Below, one piece after another: positions 9,436 through 18,909 of a DNA stretch of 64,000 nt (position 1 is its first letter; each line of letters starts with the position of its first letter). The notes under the pieces were generated by a model. That model had not been told where the DNA came from, made no database searches, and worked only from the letters and a program-made list of their open reading frames with translations. The position numbers and the translations under genes are program-made. Source of the DNA: Candidatus Saccharimonadales bacterium (lineage in GTDB: Bacteria; Patescibacteriota; Saccharimonadia; Saccharimonadales; EFPC-124); the NCBI GenBank assembly GCA_035280845.1, contig DATEFB010000012.1, forward strand, positions 9,093 to 73,092, in the 5' to 3' direction.

Positions 9436-10269
9436 TTATTTCCTCTTCGCCTCGTGACGAGAACGCACGATGTACTTAGTTGTATCCTGACGGCGACGTG
9501 TCTTGTAGCCAAGAGCAGGCTTGCCCCAAGGGGTCTTCGGGTTGCGGCCTGGACCGGTCTTACCTTCACCACCACCCATTGGGTGGTCGCTTGGGTTCAT
9601 GGCTTTACCATGAACGCTTGGGCGCCAACCCATGTTACGGCGGCGGCCGGCAGTACCGAGCTTAACATTCTGGTGTTGTTCGTTGCCGACAACGCCCAGG
9701 GTCGCCATGCACTCAACGCGCACTTTACGGACTTCACCTGATGGCAAACGGACCTGAGCGTAGTCGCCTTCTTTGGCGACGAGCTGAGCCTTAGTGCCGG
9801 CTGAGCGGACAATCTGACCGCCCTTACCAGGTTGAAGTTCGATGTTGTACACGAAAGTACCGGTTGGAATTGCAGAAAGGGGCATGCGGTTGCCGGTCTC
9901 GACAGGAGCCTCGACACCACTTTGGATTTGCTGGCCAACCTGCATGTCACCACTTGCAATAACATAGTGGTACAGGTTGTTCTGGTCTTTAACGCGGGCA
10001 ATACGGGCCGAACGGTTCGGGTCGTATTCGATTGCCTCGATGGTCGCAACAGTACCAGGTGCCAGACGGTGGTTCACCAGACGGTAGAACCGCTTTGCGC
10101 CACCACCACGGTGACGGGTGGTAATGCGGCCCATGTTGTTACGGCCGGAATTTTGCTTGCGGACTTTAAGCAGACTCTTTACACCGCGCTTGGCGGTGAC
10201 CATCTGCAAGTCCTGCGTCGTCATGTTACGACGGCCGTTACTTGTAGGTTTATATGCTTTAATAGCCAT
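9436..10269 (-). CDS. rplB: 50S ribosomal protein L2
   Basis: 277 aa MAIKAYKPTSNGRR... canonical uL2 with conserved His-containing C-terminal region. Confidence 0.95.
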   Translation of the reverse strand: MAIKAYKPTSNGRRNMTTQDLQMVTAKRGVKSLLKVRKQNSGRNNMGRITTRHRGGGAKRFYRLVNHRLAPGTVATIEAIEYDPNRSARIARVKDQNNLYHYVIASGDMQVGQQIQSGVEAPVETGNRMPLSAIPTGTFVYNIELQPGKGGQIVRSAGTKAQLVAKEGDYAQVRLPSGEVRKVRVECMATLGVVGNEQHQNVKLGTAGRRRNMGWRPSVHGKAMNPSDHPMGGGEGKTGPGRNPKTPWGKPALGYKTRRRQDTTKYIVRSRHEAKRK

Positions 10270-10577
10270 TATTTCTTCTCCTCGCCTTCGACAGCAGCGA
10301 ATACTGGAATGCTGTTGCCTTCAGCTAAACGAACGTAGGCCTTTTTAACGTTACGGCGCTTGCCGATGACTGGTGCGCCACCCTTGCGGTAGCTCTTCTT
10401 CACTTTGCCTTTGGCGAGCGTAACGTTCACAGTCACGACTTTAACGTCGAACTGCTTGGCAACTGCATCTGCGATCTGCTGTTTAGTGGCAGTGGTTGGA
10501 ACATCAAAGATGTAAATACCGTTCTGCGACTGCTGGTAGCTTTTTTCGCTCATGCGTGAAATTACTTTAAGATCCAT
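10269..10577 (-). CDS. rplW: 50S ribosomal protein L23
   Basis: ORF 10269..10595 trimmed to MDLKVI... (ATG 10575-10577) to avoid overlap with rplD. Confidence 0.88.
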   Translation of the reverse strand: MDLKVISRMSEKSYQQSQNGIYIFDVPTTATKQQIADAVAKQFDVKVVTVNVTLAKGKVKKSYRKGGAPVIGKRRNVKKAYVRLAEGNSIPVFAAVEGEEKK

Positions 10578-10579
10578 GA

Positions 10580-11194
10580 TTATGCTCCCAACCATGACTC
10601 AATGGCAGCAACAGCTGGTTTGGTCATCATTAGTTTGTCTGCATTCAGGATAGTAAACACATTGAGGTATGTAGCCTGGACCAACTGGACGTTCTGCAAG
10701 TTGTTAGTGCTGCGGGTCAGTTCAGGAGTCTTGGTGTCCACAACGATAACGATGCGTTTGCCTTCGATCTTCTGAGTCTCGAGCCACTTAACCATGTCCG
10801 CGGTCTTGCCACTGGCTTTGATGTCATCAATAACGACGACTTCTTTAGCCTGGTTGGCAAGCGTCAATGCCTGGCGCAGCGCAACGCGCTTAGCCTTGAG
10901 TGGCATTTGCTTAGAGTAGTTCTCTTCGCCGGTAGGACCAAAAGCGATACCACCTTTGCGCCAGATTGGGTTGCGTGAGCTACCAAAACGGGCACGGCCG
11001 GTACCTTTTTGCTTCCAAGGCTTCTTACCACCACCGCTTACTTCGCCGCGCTTAAGAGTGCGGGCGTAGTTGCCGCGACCGTTAGCCAGGTAGGCCTCGT
11101 AGGCCAGCTTAAGTAGCTGGTGGTTAGGGATTGCAACGTCGAACACGCTTGTTGGCAATGCCGAAGTTGCAGCTTTTGTAGTAGTTGTAGCCAT
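10580..11194 (-). CDS. rplD: 50S ribosomal protein L4
   Basis: 204 aa; uL4 pattern (GGGKKPWKQKGTGRAR). Confidence 0.93.
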   Translation of the reverse strand: MATTTTKAATSALPTSVFDVAIPNHQLLKLAYEAYLANGRGNYARTLKRGEVSGGGKKPWKQKGTGRARFGSSRNPIWRKGGIAFGPTGEENYSKQMPLKAKRVALRQALTLANQAKEVVVIDDIKASGKTADMVKWLETQKIEGKRIVIVVDTKTPELTRSTNNLQNVQLVQATYLNVFTILNADKLMMTKPAVAAIESWLGA

Positions 11195-11808
11195 TAGTTG
11201 CTACCTCCGATCATTACCAAGCCGCGGCGTGGACCAGGCACAGCACCTTTGAGGCCGATAAGACCGCGTTCGACATCTACTAAAGCGACTGCCAAATTCT
11301 TGACAGTCACCTGTTCGGCGCCCATGCGGCCAGCCATGCGCTTACCTTTAAACACTTTTTGCGGGTACATCGAACCAATTGAACCTGGACGACGGCTATA
11401 GTGGCCGGCGCCGTGGCTGCGTGGCCCGGCGTTAAAGTTGTGCCGCTTGATGTTGCCGGCAAAACCCTTACCCTTGCTTGTGCCAGTAACGCTGACGTGG
11501 TCGCCCACTTCAAACATTGTGACATCTAATGTTGTGCCAACTGCCATGTCTTCGCTCAGCTCTTCAACACGCACCTCGCGGAGGTGCTTTGGTGTTGCTT
11601 TGCTGGCTGCAACGTGGCCTTTGGTGGCATTGCTCAGGTTCTTACCCTCTCCAAACCCAATTTGCACTGCGCTGTAGCCGTCGGATTCGACAGACTTCAC
11701 CTGAGTGACAGTGCAAGGGCCAGCTTGGATAAGTGTTACAGGAATAGTAACACCATCCTCCTGGAGGAGCTGGGTCATACCTAATTTGGTACCTAGTAGC
11801 GCTTTCAT
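11194..11808 (-). CDS. rplC: 50S ribosomal protein L3
   Basis: 204 aa MKALLGTKLGMTQLL... canonical uL3. Confidence 0.95.
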   Translation of the reverse strand: MKALLGTKLGMTQLLQEDGVTIPVTLIQAGPCTVTQVKSVESDGYSAVQIGFGEGKNLSNATKGHVAASKATPKHLREVRVEELSEDMAVGTTLDVTMFEVGDHVSVTGTSKGKGFAGNIKRHNFNAGPRSHGAGHYSRRPGSIGSMYPQKVFKGKRMAGRMGAEQVTVKNLAVALVDVERGLIGLKGAVPGPRRGLVMIGGSN

Positions 11809-11929
11809 AGTGCTCCCAATTGCATGAAAAAACTTGGTATTCTGCGGTTTCCCTGATTAGCCGAGTGGCTGGGACCTGCAAACGTACCAAGATTTTTCGT
11901 TTAAATCTTGATAGAAAGTTACGCTTGGT

Positions 11930-11958
11930 ATTGTACCAGAGGCGGCTATCTGCGTCAA
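11930..11958 (-). promoter_or_regulatory. sigma70-type promoter for rplC operon: -35 TTGACG, 17 bp, -10 TACAAT; ~115 nt leader
   Basis: plus-strand attgta 11930-11935 and cgtcaa 11953-11958 with 17 bp spacer. Confidence 0.6.
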
Positions 11959-12008
11959 CACCTTACATAGACAAATTTTATAGATGCCGGAATTTGTGTT
12001 GTAGTACG

Positions 12009-12797
12009 CTACTTTAGGCTTGCGCTGAGTTCAGCAAAATCGCGGGCGATCGCCTGGTCATGGGTGACCGCAAGCGCACGCACCGTCTCGCTCAGCGATC
12101 GGAGGGTGGTTACGTGGGCTTCTACTTCTTTTTGTTTTGCTGCAAACCCTGGAATATCTTTTTTCGTGAACAAATCCGGCAATGTGGCGAGTGTTACTTG
12201 AGTAGCCTCTACAGCAGCAATGACTTGTTGGTGAACGGAGGTGACTTCCTGACTTGGCAGCGATACTTCTTTTAGCTTCGTCGCCATAACAGCCCAAGCG
12301 TCGGCAAGTGCTTTTTGCTGCGCGGCATTTGGTCCGGTAACGGTAGTCGCTGATTGCAATATGGCAGACACTTGCTGCTGGTATGCCATGAATGCGCGGG
12401 CGGCACCAGCTGTCTTTTTAAGTTCGATAAGGCGATCGATGTGATCGGCTCGCACTTGGGAATCTGCGGCAGAGGTAAGGGTGACGCCGAACAGCTGCGG
12501 TAGTACGGGCGCCTTGCCGACCTGCGCATCGATGAGCGTTTGCAACTTCGCCAAGGTTTCAATGCTTTTTGCGGTATCGGCCTGCTGGGCTAACGCCTTA
12601 AACTCATCACCAAGCGTCTTTAGCTCACTCCTGGACTGCGTGATGTACGCAGCCTTCTGCTCATTATATTTAGTGGTCGCCTCCGCGGCGTTATACCACC
12701 AGCCACCGGCACAGGCAACACCAACAAACAGTGCAATGCCAAGGGCTATAAACAGGGGTTTTCGTGAGCGACGGCCAACTGTTTTGAGTTGCATCAT
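12009..12797 (-). CDS. hypothetical membrane-anchored protein (single N-terminal TM, long helical ectodomain)
   Basis: 262 aa; KPLFIALGIALFVGVACAGGWW hydrophobic segment then Ala/Gln-rich helical repeats; 4 nt overlap with upstream protease gene. Confidence 0.6.
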   Translation of the reverse strand: MMQLKTVGRRSRKPLFIALGIALFVGVACAGGWWYNAAEATTKYNEQKAAYITQSRSELKTLGDEFKALAQQADTAKSIETLAKLQTLIDAQVGKAPVLPQLFGVTLTSAADSQVRADHIDRLIELKKTAGAARAFMAYQQQVSAILQSATTVTGPNAAQQKALADAWAVMATKLKEVSLPSQEVTSVHQQVIAAVEATQVTLATLPDLFTKKDIPGFAAKQKEVEAHVTTLRSLSETVRALAVTHDQAIARDFAELSASLK

Positions 12798-13525
12798 ATG
12801 CCAAGTGTACTCGAGGTTATTTCTTTATCTAATGGCCACGGGTTAAACTTGCAGCCACCTAAACTGATTGATTGCTGTTGCATAACAGCTGCCGCCTGGC
12901 CAGCGCCACTGCACGAACCATGGTCATGGCCTAACCAGTGACCAGTCTCGTGGTTCACGACCATATGTCGGTAATTACGCAAATCGCCGCCCGCGTCGTT
13001 CCATGGCTGCGTTGCACCCATCCAGCGGTCCTGGTTAATAATGACATACCGTCCAACGCGGCAGCTATACTGTGCGTCGCATGGCGATCCGAATGTCGGG
13101 ACTTGGTCGGCAGCCGAGAGCACCAGAGTAAACTGGCCACCACTCGCCACCTCTTTAAAGACGACTCCCAGTCGTGACCACCCTTTTTCGTCGGCATAAG
13201 TAGCCGCTGCTTGCGATTTAAATGTAGCCAGGTCGGCAGTTATGGCGCCGCGTGTCGCTACGTCGTAGGTTACCGTGCGTGTGGCCGGCTTGCGTACCGT
13301 AATAGTAGGAATGACAATTGGCGATTGGGGCGGTGTGACATTGGGCGTTGGATAGTTCTTAAGAATACCGCTTAGTTCGTTTGCGGAGCTCACCGGACAG
13401 TACAGGCTCGCCTCGTTACATTCCAGCGGTGCCGGTTTGGTACCTTCTTCTGCCAAAACAGTTGGTGTAGCAAGCACCAGGGCGACTCCAATAACGGCAA
13501 GTAGAGGCAACAGTATCCGGCGCAT
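12794..13525 (-). CDS. secreted zincin-like metallopeptidase (HExxH..H; resembles actinobacterial DUF3152-type)
   Basis: 243 aa; signal peptide MRRILLPLLAVIGVALVLATPTVLA; motif VVNHETGHWLGHDHGSC. Confidence 0.6.
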   Translation of the reverse strand: MRRILLPLLAVIGVALVLATPTVLAEEGTKPAPLECNEASLYCPVSSANELSGILKNYPTPNVTPPQSPIVIPTITVRKPATRTVTYDVATRGAITADLATFKSQAAATYADEKGWSRLGVVFKEVASGGQFTLVLSAADQVPTFGSPCDAQYSCRVGRYVIINQDRWMGATQPWNDAGGDLRNYRHMVVNHETGHWLGHDHGSCSGAGQAAAVMQQQSISLGGCKFNPWPLDKEITSSTLGI

Positions 13526-13797
13526 TACACCACTATTCCGGCGGGGATGTAGAACGTTATGATGGTTATAATTATAAGCAGGGCATATTCGATCTTGCGG
13601 TCAATCTGAAAATGGTCATGAGTCGCGAACAGTAGCCCGATCATGAGGCCAAGCGGCAAGCCGTACACAGTAAAATCGCCCAGCTGGATAGGCTGTGGGA
13701 ACTTAACCCAAAATGATGCCAGCACAATATATAAGACTATCTTCAAAAAATAGGTGCTGTCTCGTTCGGTCGCTTGTTTCTGTTTGGTTTTTGCCAT
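13525..13797 (-). CDS. small hypothetical membrane protein (2-3 TM)
   Basis: 90 aa, first gene of a three-gene minus-strand operon with the protease. Confidence 0.5.
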   Translation of the reverse strand: MAKTKQKQATERDSTYFLKIVLYIVLASFWVKFPQPIQLGDFTVYGLPLGLMIGLLFATHDHFQIDRKIEYALLIIITIITFYIPAGIVV

Positions 13798-13851
13798 AGT
13801 ACTTTTGTTATTTTACCCTACCACCGTGGGGGAGGCAAACACACATCATGG

Positions 13852-13863
13852 GCAAAATTTTGC
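13852..13863. repeat. perfect 12 bp palindrome GCAAAATTTTGC overlapping the -35 of the plus-strand promoter
   Basis: self-complementary sequence in the divergent intergenic region 13798-13926. Confidence 0.7.
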
Positions 13864-13889
13864 AAGGCAAAAAATTATCAGTATATAAT
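13860..13889 (+). promoter_or_regulatory. consensus sigma70 promoter: -35 TTGCAA, 17 bp, -10 TATAAT
   Basis: ttgcaa 13860-13865, tataat 13884-13889; followed by GGAGG (13916-13920) and ATG at 13927. Confidence 0.65.
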
Positions 13890-13926
13890 GAAGCACTCTC
13901 TTACAAGAGATGGCAGGAGGCCCCAG

Positions 13927-14340
13927 ATGGTCATGGCGGAGGTGTACAGCATGACCAAGGTCGCGGCTTGGGACGAGCTTGTCCGAAGCGACCTGGTGAT
14001 CCATGGCGGTAACCTTCAAATCAAGACGACGTATGCCTACGTGCGTCGCAGCGAATTCGGCGGCATCAGGCCACCCGCAATCCATGCGGGCGTGCGTGTG
14101 CTGGCGGGCCCTGCGCCCTATGAAGCGGCACAAGGCATTCGTAAAGGCATGCGCCCTGGCGAACAGGTAGTACTGGTACGGTTCAGAGCCGTCAAACGCG
14201 GCTGGACTCTCCCCGTACTGCAAAGTGCTTTCTCGCTCGGCTTGGTGCCAGACGAGGAGCGCGATCCTCTACGACTTTCGTGTGTATGCATCCCCCACTA
14301 CCGACTTGGCATGCTTTTGTATGAGCGGCTCGCCGCCTGA
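13927..14340 (+). CDS. hypothetical protein (138 aa), high GC
   Basis: in-frame part of ORF 13774..14340 starting at ATG 13927 with SD GGAGG 6 nt upstream and a consensus promoter; convergent with sigma factor gene. Confidence 0.5.
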   Translation: MVMAEVYSMTKVAAWDELVRSDLVIHGGNLQIKTTYAYVRRSEFGGIRPPAIHAGVRVLAGPAPYEAAQGIRKGMRPGEQVVLVRFRAVKRGWTLPVLQSAFSLGLVPDEERDPLRLSCVCIPHYRLGMLLYERLAA

Positions 14341-14436
14341 AGAGCATGAGCGTGTGCGGACCTGGCGGGCCGGTGCACGCGCGGGGCCTTCTGCCCCGCA
14401 ACCAGAGTCCGTGCTGCTTGCGGCCCCTGGTTGCGG

Positions 14437-16632
14437 TTACCGCTTATTAAGTCTGGCCGATATTGTTCCAGAGAAATCACCAGCCGGACTGCTACTTAAC
14501 GCAGTTCCCGAAATGATAAAGCTGCCGCCGGTTGCCTCGTGTGCCACATGCTCTCCAGCGTCTTCCAGCACTTGGACGTCAATGTCTTTGCGCGCCTGGT
14601 AGCCGCAATAATCACCAACCGCGCCATACACATGCAACGAAGCCTGGTTGCGAGCCTGTGCTGCCGCATAATGACCGGCGTCGCCCATGACTTCCAAGCG
14701 CGCCATCTTGTTTGCCTTTGCTGCGGCATAGTTACCAACCGAACCGTTTACCTTCACAAGAGCCAATCCACCGATCTTGTACCCTGCATAATCGCCAAGG
14801 TTGCCATGGATCACCAGCTCACCGTGCTCCAACCCGGCACCCATATAGCCCAATTTGCCTTGGAGGCTTTCGGGGATTGTCAGTTCGACAAAGGTGTTGT
14901 CGTTCATGCGCTCGGCCAGCAGCCTTGAGAAAAGTTGGCCAACGCGGTCGAGGCTTATGTCGCCCATCCGCTCCTGCAAGTGCGTCACGAAATTCTCTAC
15001 CTCTGCATTCCAGAAGCCGGCAATATGGCGTACCGTCAGTGCCTCGCCCATCTGGGACTGCAAGGCTTCGACAAGCACCTTGGGGTATTCGGAAGCATGT
15101 CCAGCCTCGACGAATGACTGCTGGAAGCTGTATGCACCGGTTGTATAGAGGATATCTTTAAAACGAGCGGCGGTGGCCTCATATTCAATCAAAACCTGTT
15201 CGGGAGTTATACGGACGGGCTCATCCCAGGCCTCACCCGGATATGCCTGCCAACGGGCACGCGGCTCAGCGAGGCCACTGGCTGGCGGCTCATAACCGAG
15301 CGGCGCATCCCTGCCCAAGCGAATGGCTCTCGCACCTAATACGCGCTCAGTTTTTAGTACGGGAAAAGTCCTGGTGTGTACAGGCGCTTCGACCGATACG
15401 TCCAGGTTAAGGAATGGCTCGAGGTTACGGCTACGTGCGGGGTGCCGCAGCTTATCGAGCGTCTTTGTAAGGATCTGACGGACACGCTCCCGCGTTATGC
15501 CATATACCATTCCAACTTCATCGAGCGTGCGCTCAACGCCATCGGTAAGACCGAAGCGAAGGCGGATTACACCAGCTTCACGCTCGCTTAATGTCCCCAG
15601 GGCTTCAGCAATAACATCAACGCGCATGCGCTCCATAACAATATCCTCAATCGAAGCCGTATCTGTATCGGCGACAACTTCTTCCAAAGCGAGCGCGCTT
15701 ACCTCACCATCCACCTCGATCTCTTCGTCGGCAGCACCAAAACTTACCAGATGATCAATAAAAATCGGATCACGGTATTTGTCCCACTCCTGGAAATTAG
15801 CCAGCTCCTCAGGGGTGCGACCAGCGTCGTTGTCGGGATCGTACATGGCCGACTGCATTTCTTCGACGCGGTTTATAGGAATATACAGGCCTGGCTTCTC
15901 GTACGCCTTAACATGCTTGGCCAGTGCGCCACGCAGGCCATTTATAGCATATGAACGGAACCGCACCGGCTTACCGATGTTGTCGCCCCGCGTATGGACC
16001 ATGCCGGGTTTAAAATTGCGCACAGCCTTAACAATTGCTTCGTTTACCACCTGTACGCGCTCGTCGTAGTCGGCATAGGGCGAGCGAAGACGCGTCATAT
16101 CACCAGGCGCCCATGAGTAGTCCGATCCCTGGATGTGCATTTTGGTCGAGCGCGGTTGCTTGCGTGGCTTAACACCAGCATCGTCGGTTTCATCGGGAAC
16201 CCGGCCCATGCCCGGCCGTATGTTCATAGACAGTCGGGCAAGGTACGTGGCGTTACGCAAATTACATTCGATGAGGACACGTTCGGCTTCGCGGCCGGCG
16301 TCGAATCGGGCACGAAGTGCGTCAAGCTGCTGAAGGTCACGCTTGAGCGGTCGCTTTGCCACTTCGACCTTCTTCTCAAGTTCTTCAAGAAGTGCCGCTG
16401 CCGCCAGCCCATCCTGAATAACAGCAGCGAGCTCGTGCTCCTGTTCAGCAGTCAGATACGTTGTACGGCTGCCCGTATGTTCGGCAAGCCTGTCGCCCAT
16501 GACTTGTAGGTAGTGTTCGCTGGGTGATCCTTTCTCGTAAAGAGTCCACTTAACTGCCGTCTCGTCGGCTTCGTCGGAAGCGGTGCGCATTATAGGATCC
16601 CAGGGATCAAAGTCCTGTGTTTCGTACGACAT
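14437..16632 (-). CDS. RNA polymerase sigma factor, sigma-70 family (RpoD-like) with ~325 aa C-terminal extension containing GXGXG-type beta-helix repeats
   Basis: 731 aa; region 1.2/2.1 (LTAEQEHELAAVIQDG, LIECNLRNATYLARL), region 2.3-2.4 (FRSYAINGLRGAL), region 4.2 (LSEREAGVIRLRFGLTDGVERTLDEVGMVYGITRERVRQILTKTLDKLRHP) ending near aa 405; then ~20-residue repeats GNLGDYAGYKIGG / GSVGNYAAAKANKM / GDAGHYAAAQARNQ / GAVGDYCGYQARKD. Confidence 0.8.
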   Translation of the reverse strand: MSYETQDFDPWDPIMRTASDEADETAVKWTLYEKGSPSEHYLQVMGDRLAEHTGSRTTYLTAEQEHELAAVIQDGLAAAALLEELEKKVEVAKRPLKRDLQQLDALRARFDAGREAERVLIECNLRNATYLARLSMNIRPGMGRVPDETDDAGVKPRKQPRSTKMHIQGSDYSWAPGDMTRLRSPYADYDERVQVVNEAIVKAVRNFKPGMVHTRGDNIGKPVRFRSYAINGLRGALAKHVKAYEKPGLYIPINRVEEMQSAMYDPDNDAGRTPEELANFQEWDKYRDPIFIDHLVSFGAADEEIEVDGEVSALALEEVVADTDTASIEDIVMERMRVDVIAEALGTLSEREAGVIRLRFGLTDGVERTLDEVGMVYGITRERVRQILTKTLDKLRHPARSRNLEPFLNLDVSVEAPVHTRTFPVLKTERVLGARAIRLGRDAPLGYEPPASGLAEPRARWQAYPGEAWDEPVRITPEQVLIEYEATAARFKDILYTTGAYSFQQSFVEAGHASEYPKVLVEALQSQMGEALTVRHIAGFWNAEVENFVTHLQERMGDISLDRVGQLFSRLLAERMNDNTFVELTIPESLQGKLGYMGAGLEHGELVIHGNLGDYAGYKIGGLALVKVNGSVGNYAAAKANKMARLEVMGDAGHYAAAQARNQASLHVYGAVGDYCGYQARKDIDVQVLEDAGEHVAHEATGGSFIISGTALSSSPAGDFSGTISARLNKR
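14503..14850 (-). repeat. intragenic ~60 nt periodic DNA repeats encoding the GXGXG beta-helix units of the sigma factor tail
   Basis: recurring gc.gc.g.ataat.acc...cc elements (gtagccgcaataatcacc / gctgccgcataatgacc / gctgcggcatagttacc / accctgcataatcgcc). Confidence 0.5.
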
Positions 16633-16664
16633 GTAGATTCATATTTTATCACATATAGTTGCAT

Positions 16665-16700
16665 ACAAAACAAAAGAGATGCGTAAACATCTCTTTTGTT
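16665..16700 (-). terminator. rho-independent terminator after rpsJ (stem CAAAAGAGATG / CATCTCTTTTG, T-run on minus strand)
   Basis: 11 bp stem, 6 nt loop at 16671-16698 with AAAA upstream on plus strand. Confidence 0.65.
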
Positions 16701-16719
16701 GGAACACTTGGCTCTGCTG

Positions 16720-17043
16720 CTACATGCGGATTTCTGCGTCGCAACCAGCTGGCAGGCTGAGGTTTTGCAGAGAATCAATAGTCTTAGGAGTTGGGTTGGT
16801 GATGTCGATGAGGCGTTTGTGGACGCGCATCTCGAAGTGCTCACCACCTTTTTTGTATACGTGCGGGCTCTTTACCACAGTGTATGTGCTGCGGCGAGTC
16901 GGCAGGGGCACTGGACCGGCGATTGTTGCGCCAGTACGAAGGGCTGTGTCGATAATTTGTTTTGCAGACTGGTCGATGACCTTGTGGTCATAGGCCTTCA
17001 GGCGGATACGGATCCGCTGTTTTTGCTCGGTTGGCGTTGCCAT
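16720..17043 (-). CDS. rpsJ: 30S ribosomal protein S10
   Basis: 107 aa; [72 protein letters not shown] canonical uS10. Confidence 0.95.
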   Translation of the reverse strand: MATPTEQKQRIRIRLKAYDHKVIDQSAKQIIDTALRTGATIAGPVPLPTRRSTYTVVKSPHVYKKGGEHFEMRVHKRLIDITNPTPKTIDSLQNLSLPAGCDAEIRM

Positions 17044-17143
17044 GAGTAAAACTCCTCTTGTTGTGCGCCGTAACCTCTGCTCGATTCATGGCCTTGCAGG
17101 CTCATGTCTGGCCGAGTTCTCGGTGCGATTTATGTATAAACAA

Positions 17144-17172
17144 ACTATAGCATATGTTCTTTAGATAGGCAA
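17144..17172 (-). promoter_or_regulatory. sigma70-type promoter for rpsJ: -35 TTGCCT, 17 bp, -10 TATAGT; SD AGGAG 8 nt before ATG
   Basis: plus-strand actata 17144-17149 and aggcaa 17167-17172. Confidence 0.6.
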
Positions 17173-17232
17173 CGAAGGACACTGGCGTGCTGACGGCCGG
17201 GGTGTCCGGTCAATCAGCACGCCGCACGCGAG

Positions 17233-17517
17233 TCAGCCCACGTCGTAGTCCCCTCTAGAGGCGCTAGCCGTGAAGCACGCCCATCCCGCAGCTGTGAACA
17301 CAATGCCGCCCGAATCAGCTTGCTTGCGCACCACAGCACCGCCATCGGGCAGGTCGGCCACCAGAATGGCCTCACCGCCAGACTCCGGGCTTGTCGTGTT
17401 GGTCCAGGTGAGTGACGCGAGGTCAATGTCGGGCGCTTCCGCCAAGTCGGCGTAGATGTGCAGACCCCTGTCCTGTTCCATGGCTCTCCATCCAACGTGC
17501 ACGGCGGTGTGCCGCAT
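17233..17517 (-). CDS. questionable small ORF (94 aa) in a ~65% GC patch between tuf terminator and rpsJ promoter; possibly gene remnant
   Basis: ORF only; no convincing SD; compositional outlier. Confidence 0.2.
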   Translation of the reverse strand: MRHTAVHVGWRAMEQDRGLHIYADLAEAPDIDLASLTWTNTTSPESGGEAILVADLPDGGAVVRKQADSGGIVFTAAGWACFTASASRGDYDVG

Positions 17518-17561
17518 ATTCGTTATAGTACATTTTGAGCCGGTCTACAATTCCCAGCCAC

Positions 17562-17592
17562 AAAAAAGAACCGCATTGCTGCGGTTCTTTTT
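17562..17592 (-). terminator. rho-independent terminator after tuf (AGAACCGCA ttgc TGCGGTTCT, A5/T4 flanks, bidirectional shape)
   Basis: perfect 9 bp stem 18 nt downstream of tuf stop. Confidence 0.7.
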
Positions 17593-17609
17593 ATGCTTGG
17601 TGGCTAAGA

Positions 17610-18797
<1,188 letters not shown>

Positions 18798-18869
18798 TAT
18801 TTCTCCTACAATTATTTCTTAATATCGCATGGGACGTGGCAATAGCACCGTCACATGACGTATGAGCAA

Positions 18870-18898
18870 ATTATACAGAGAGCCCCCTCTTATGTAAA
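18870..18898 (-). promoter_or_regulatory. sigma70-type promoter for tuf: -35 TTTACA, 17 bp, -10 TATAAT; SD AGGAG
   Basis: plus-strand attata 18870-18875 and tgtaaa 18893-18898. Confidence 0.6.
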
Positions 18899-18909
18899 GA
18901 GCTGATTCT

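Noticed and set aside
13846-14223. 125 aa minus-strand ORF overlapping the 13927..14340 plus-strand gene
   Set aside because: The plus-strand frame is supported by a consensus promoter plus GGAGG SD. The minus ORF has neither.
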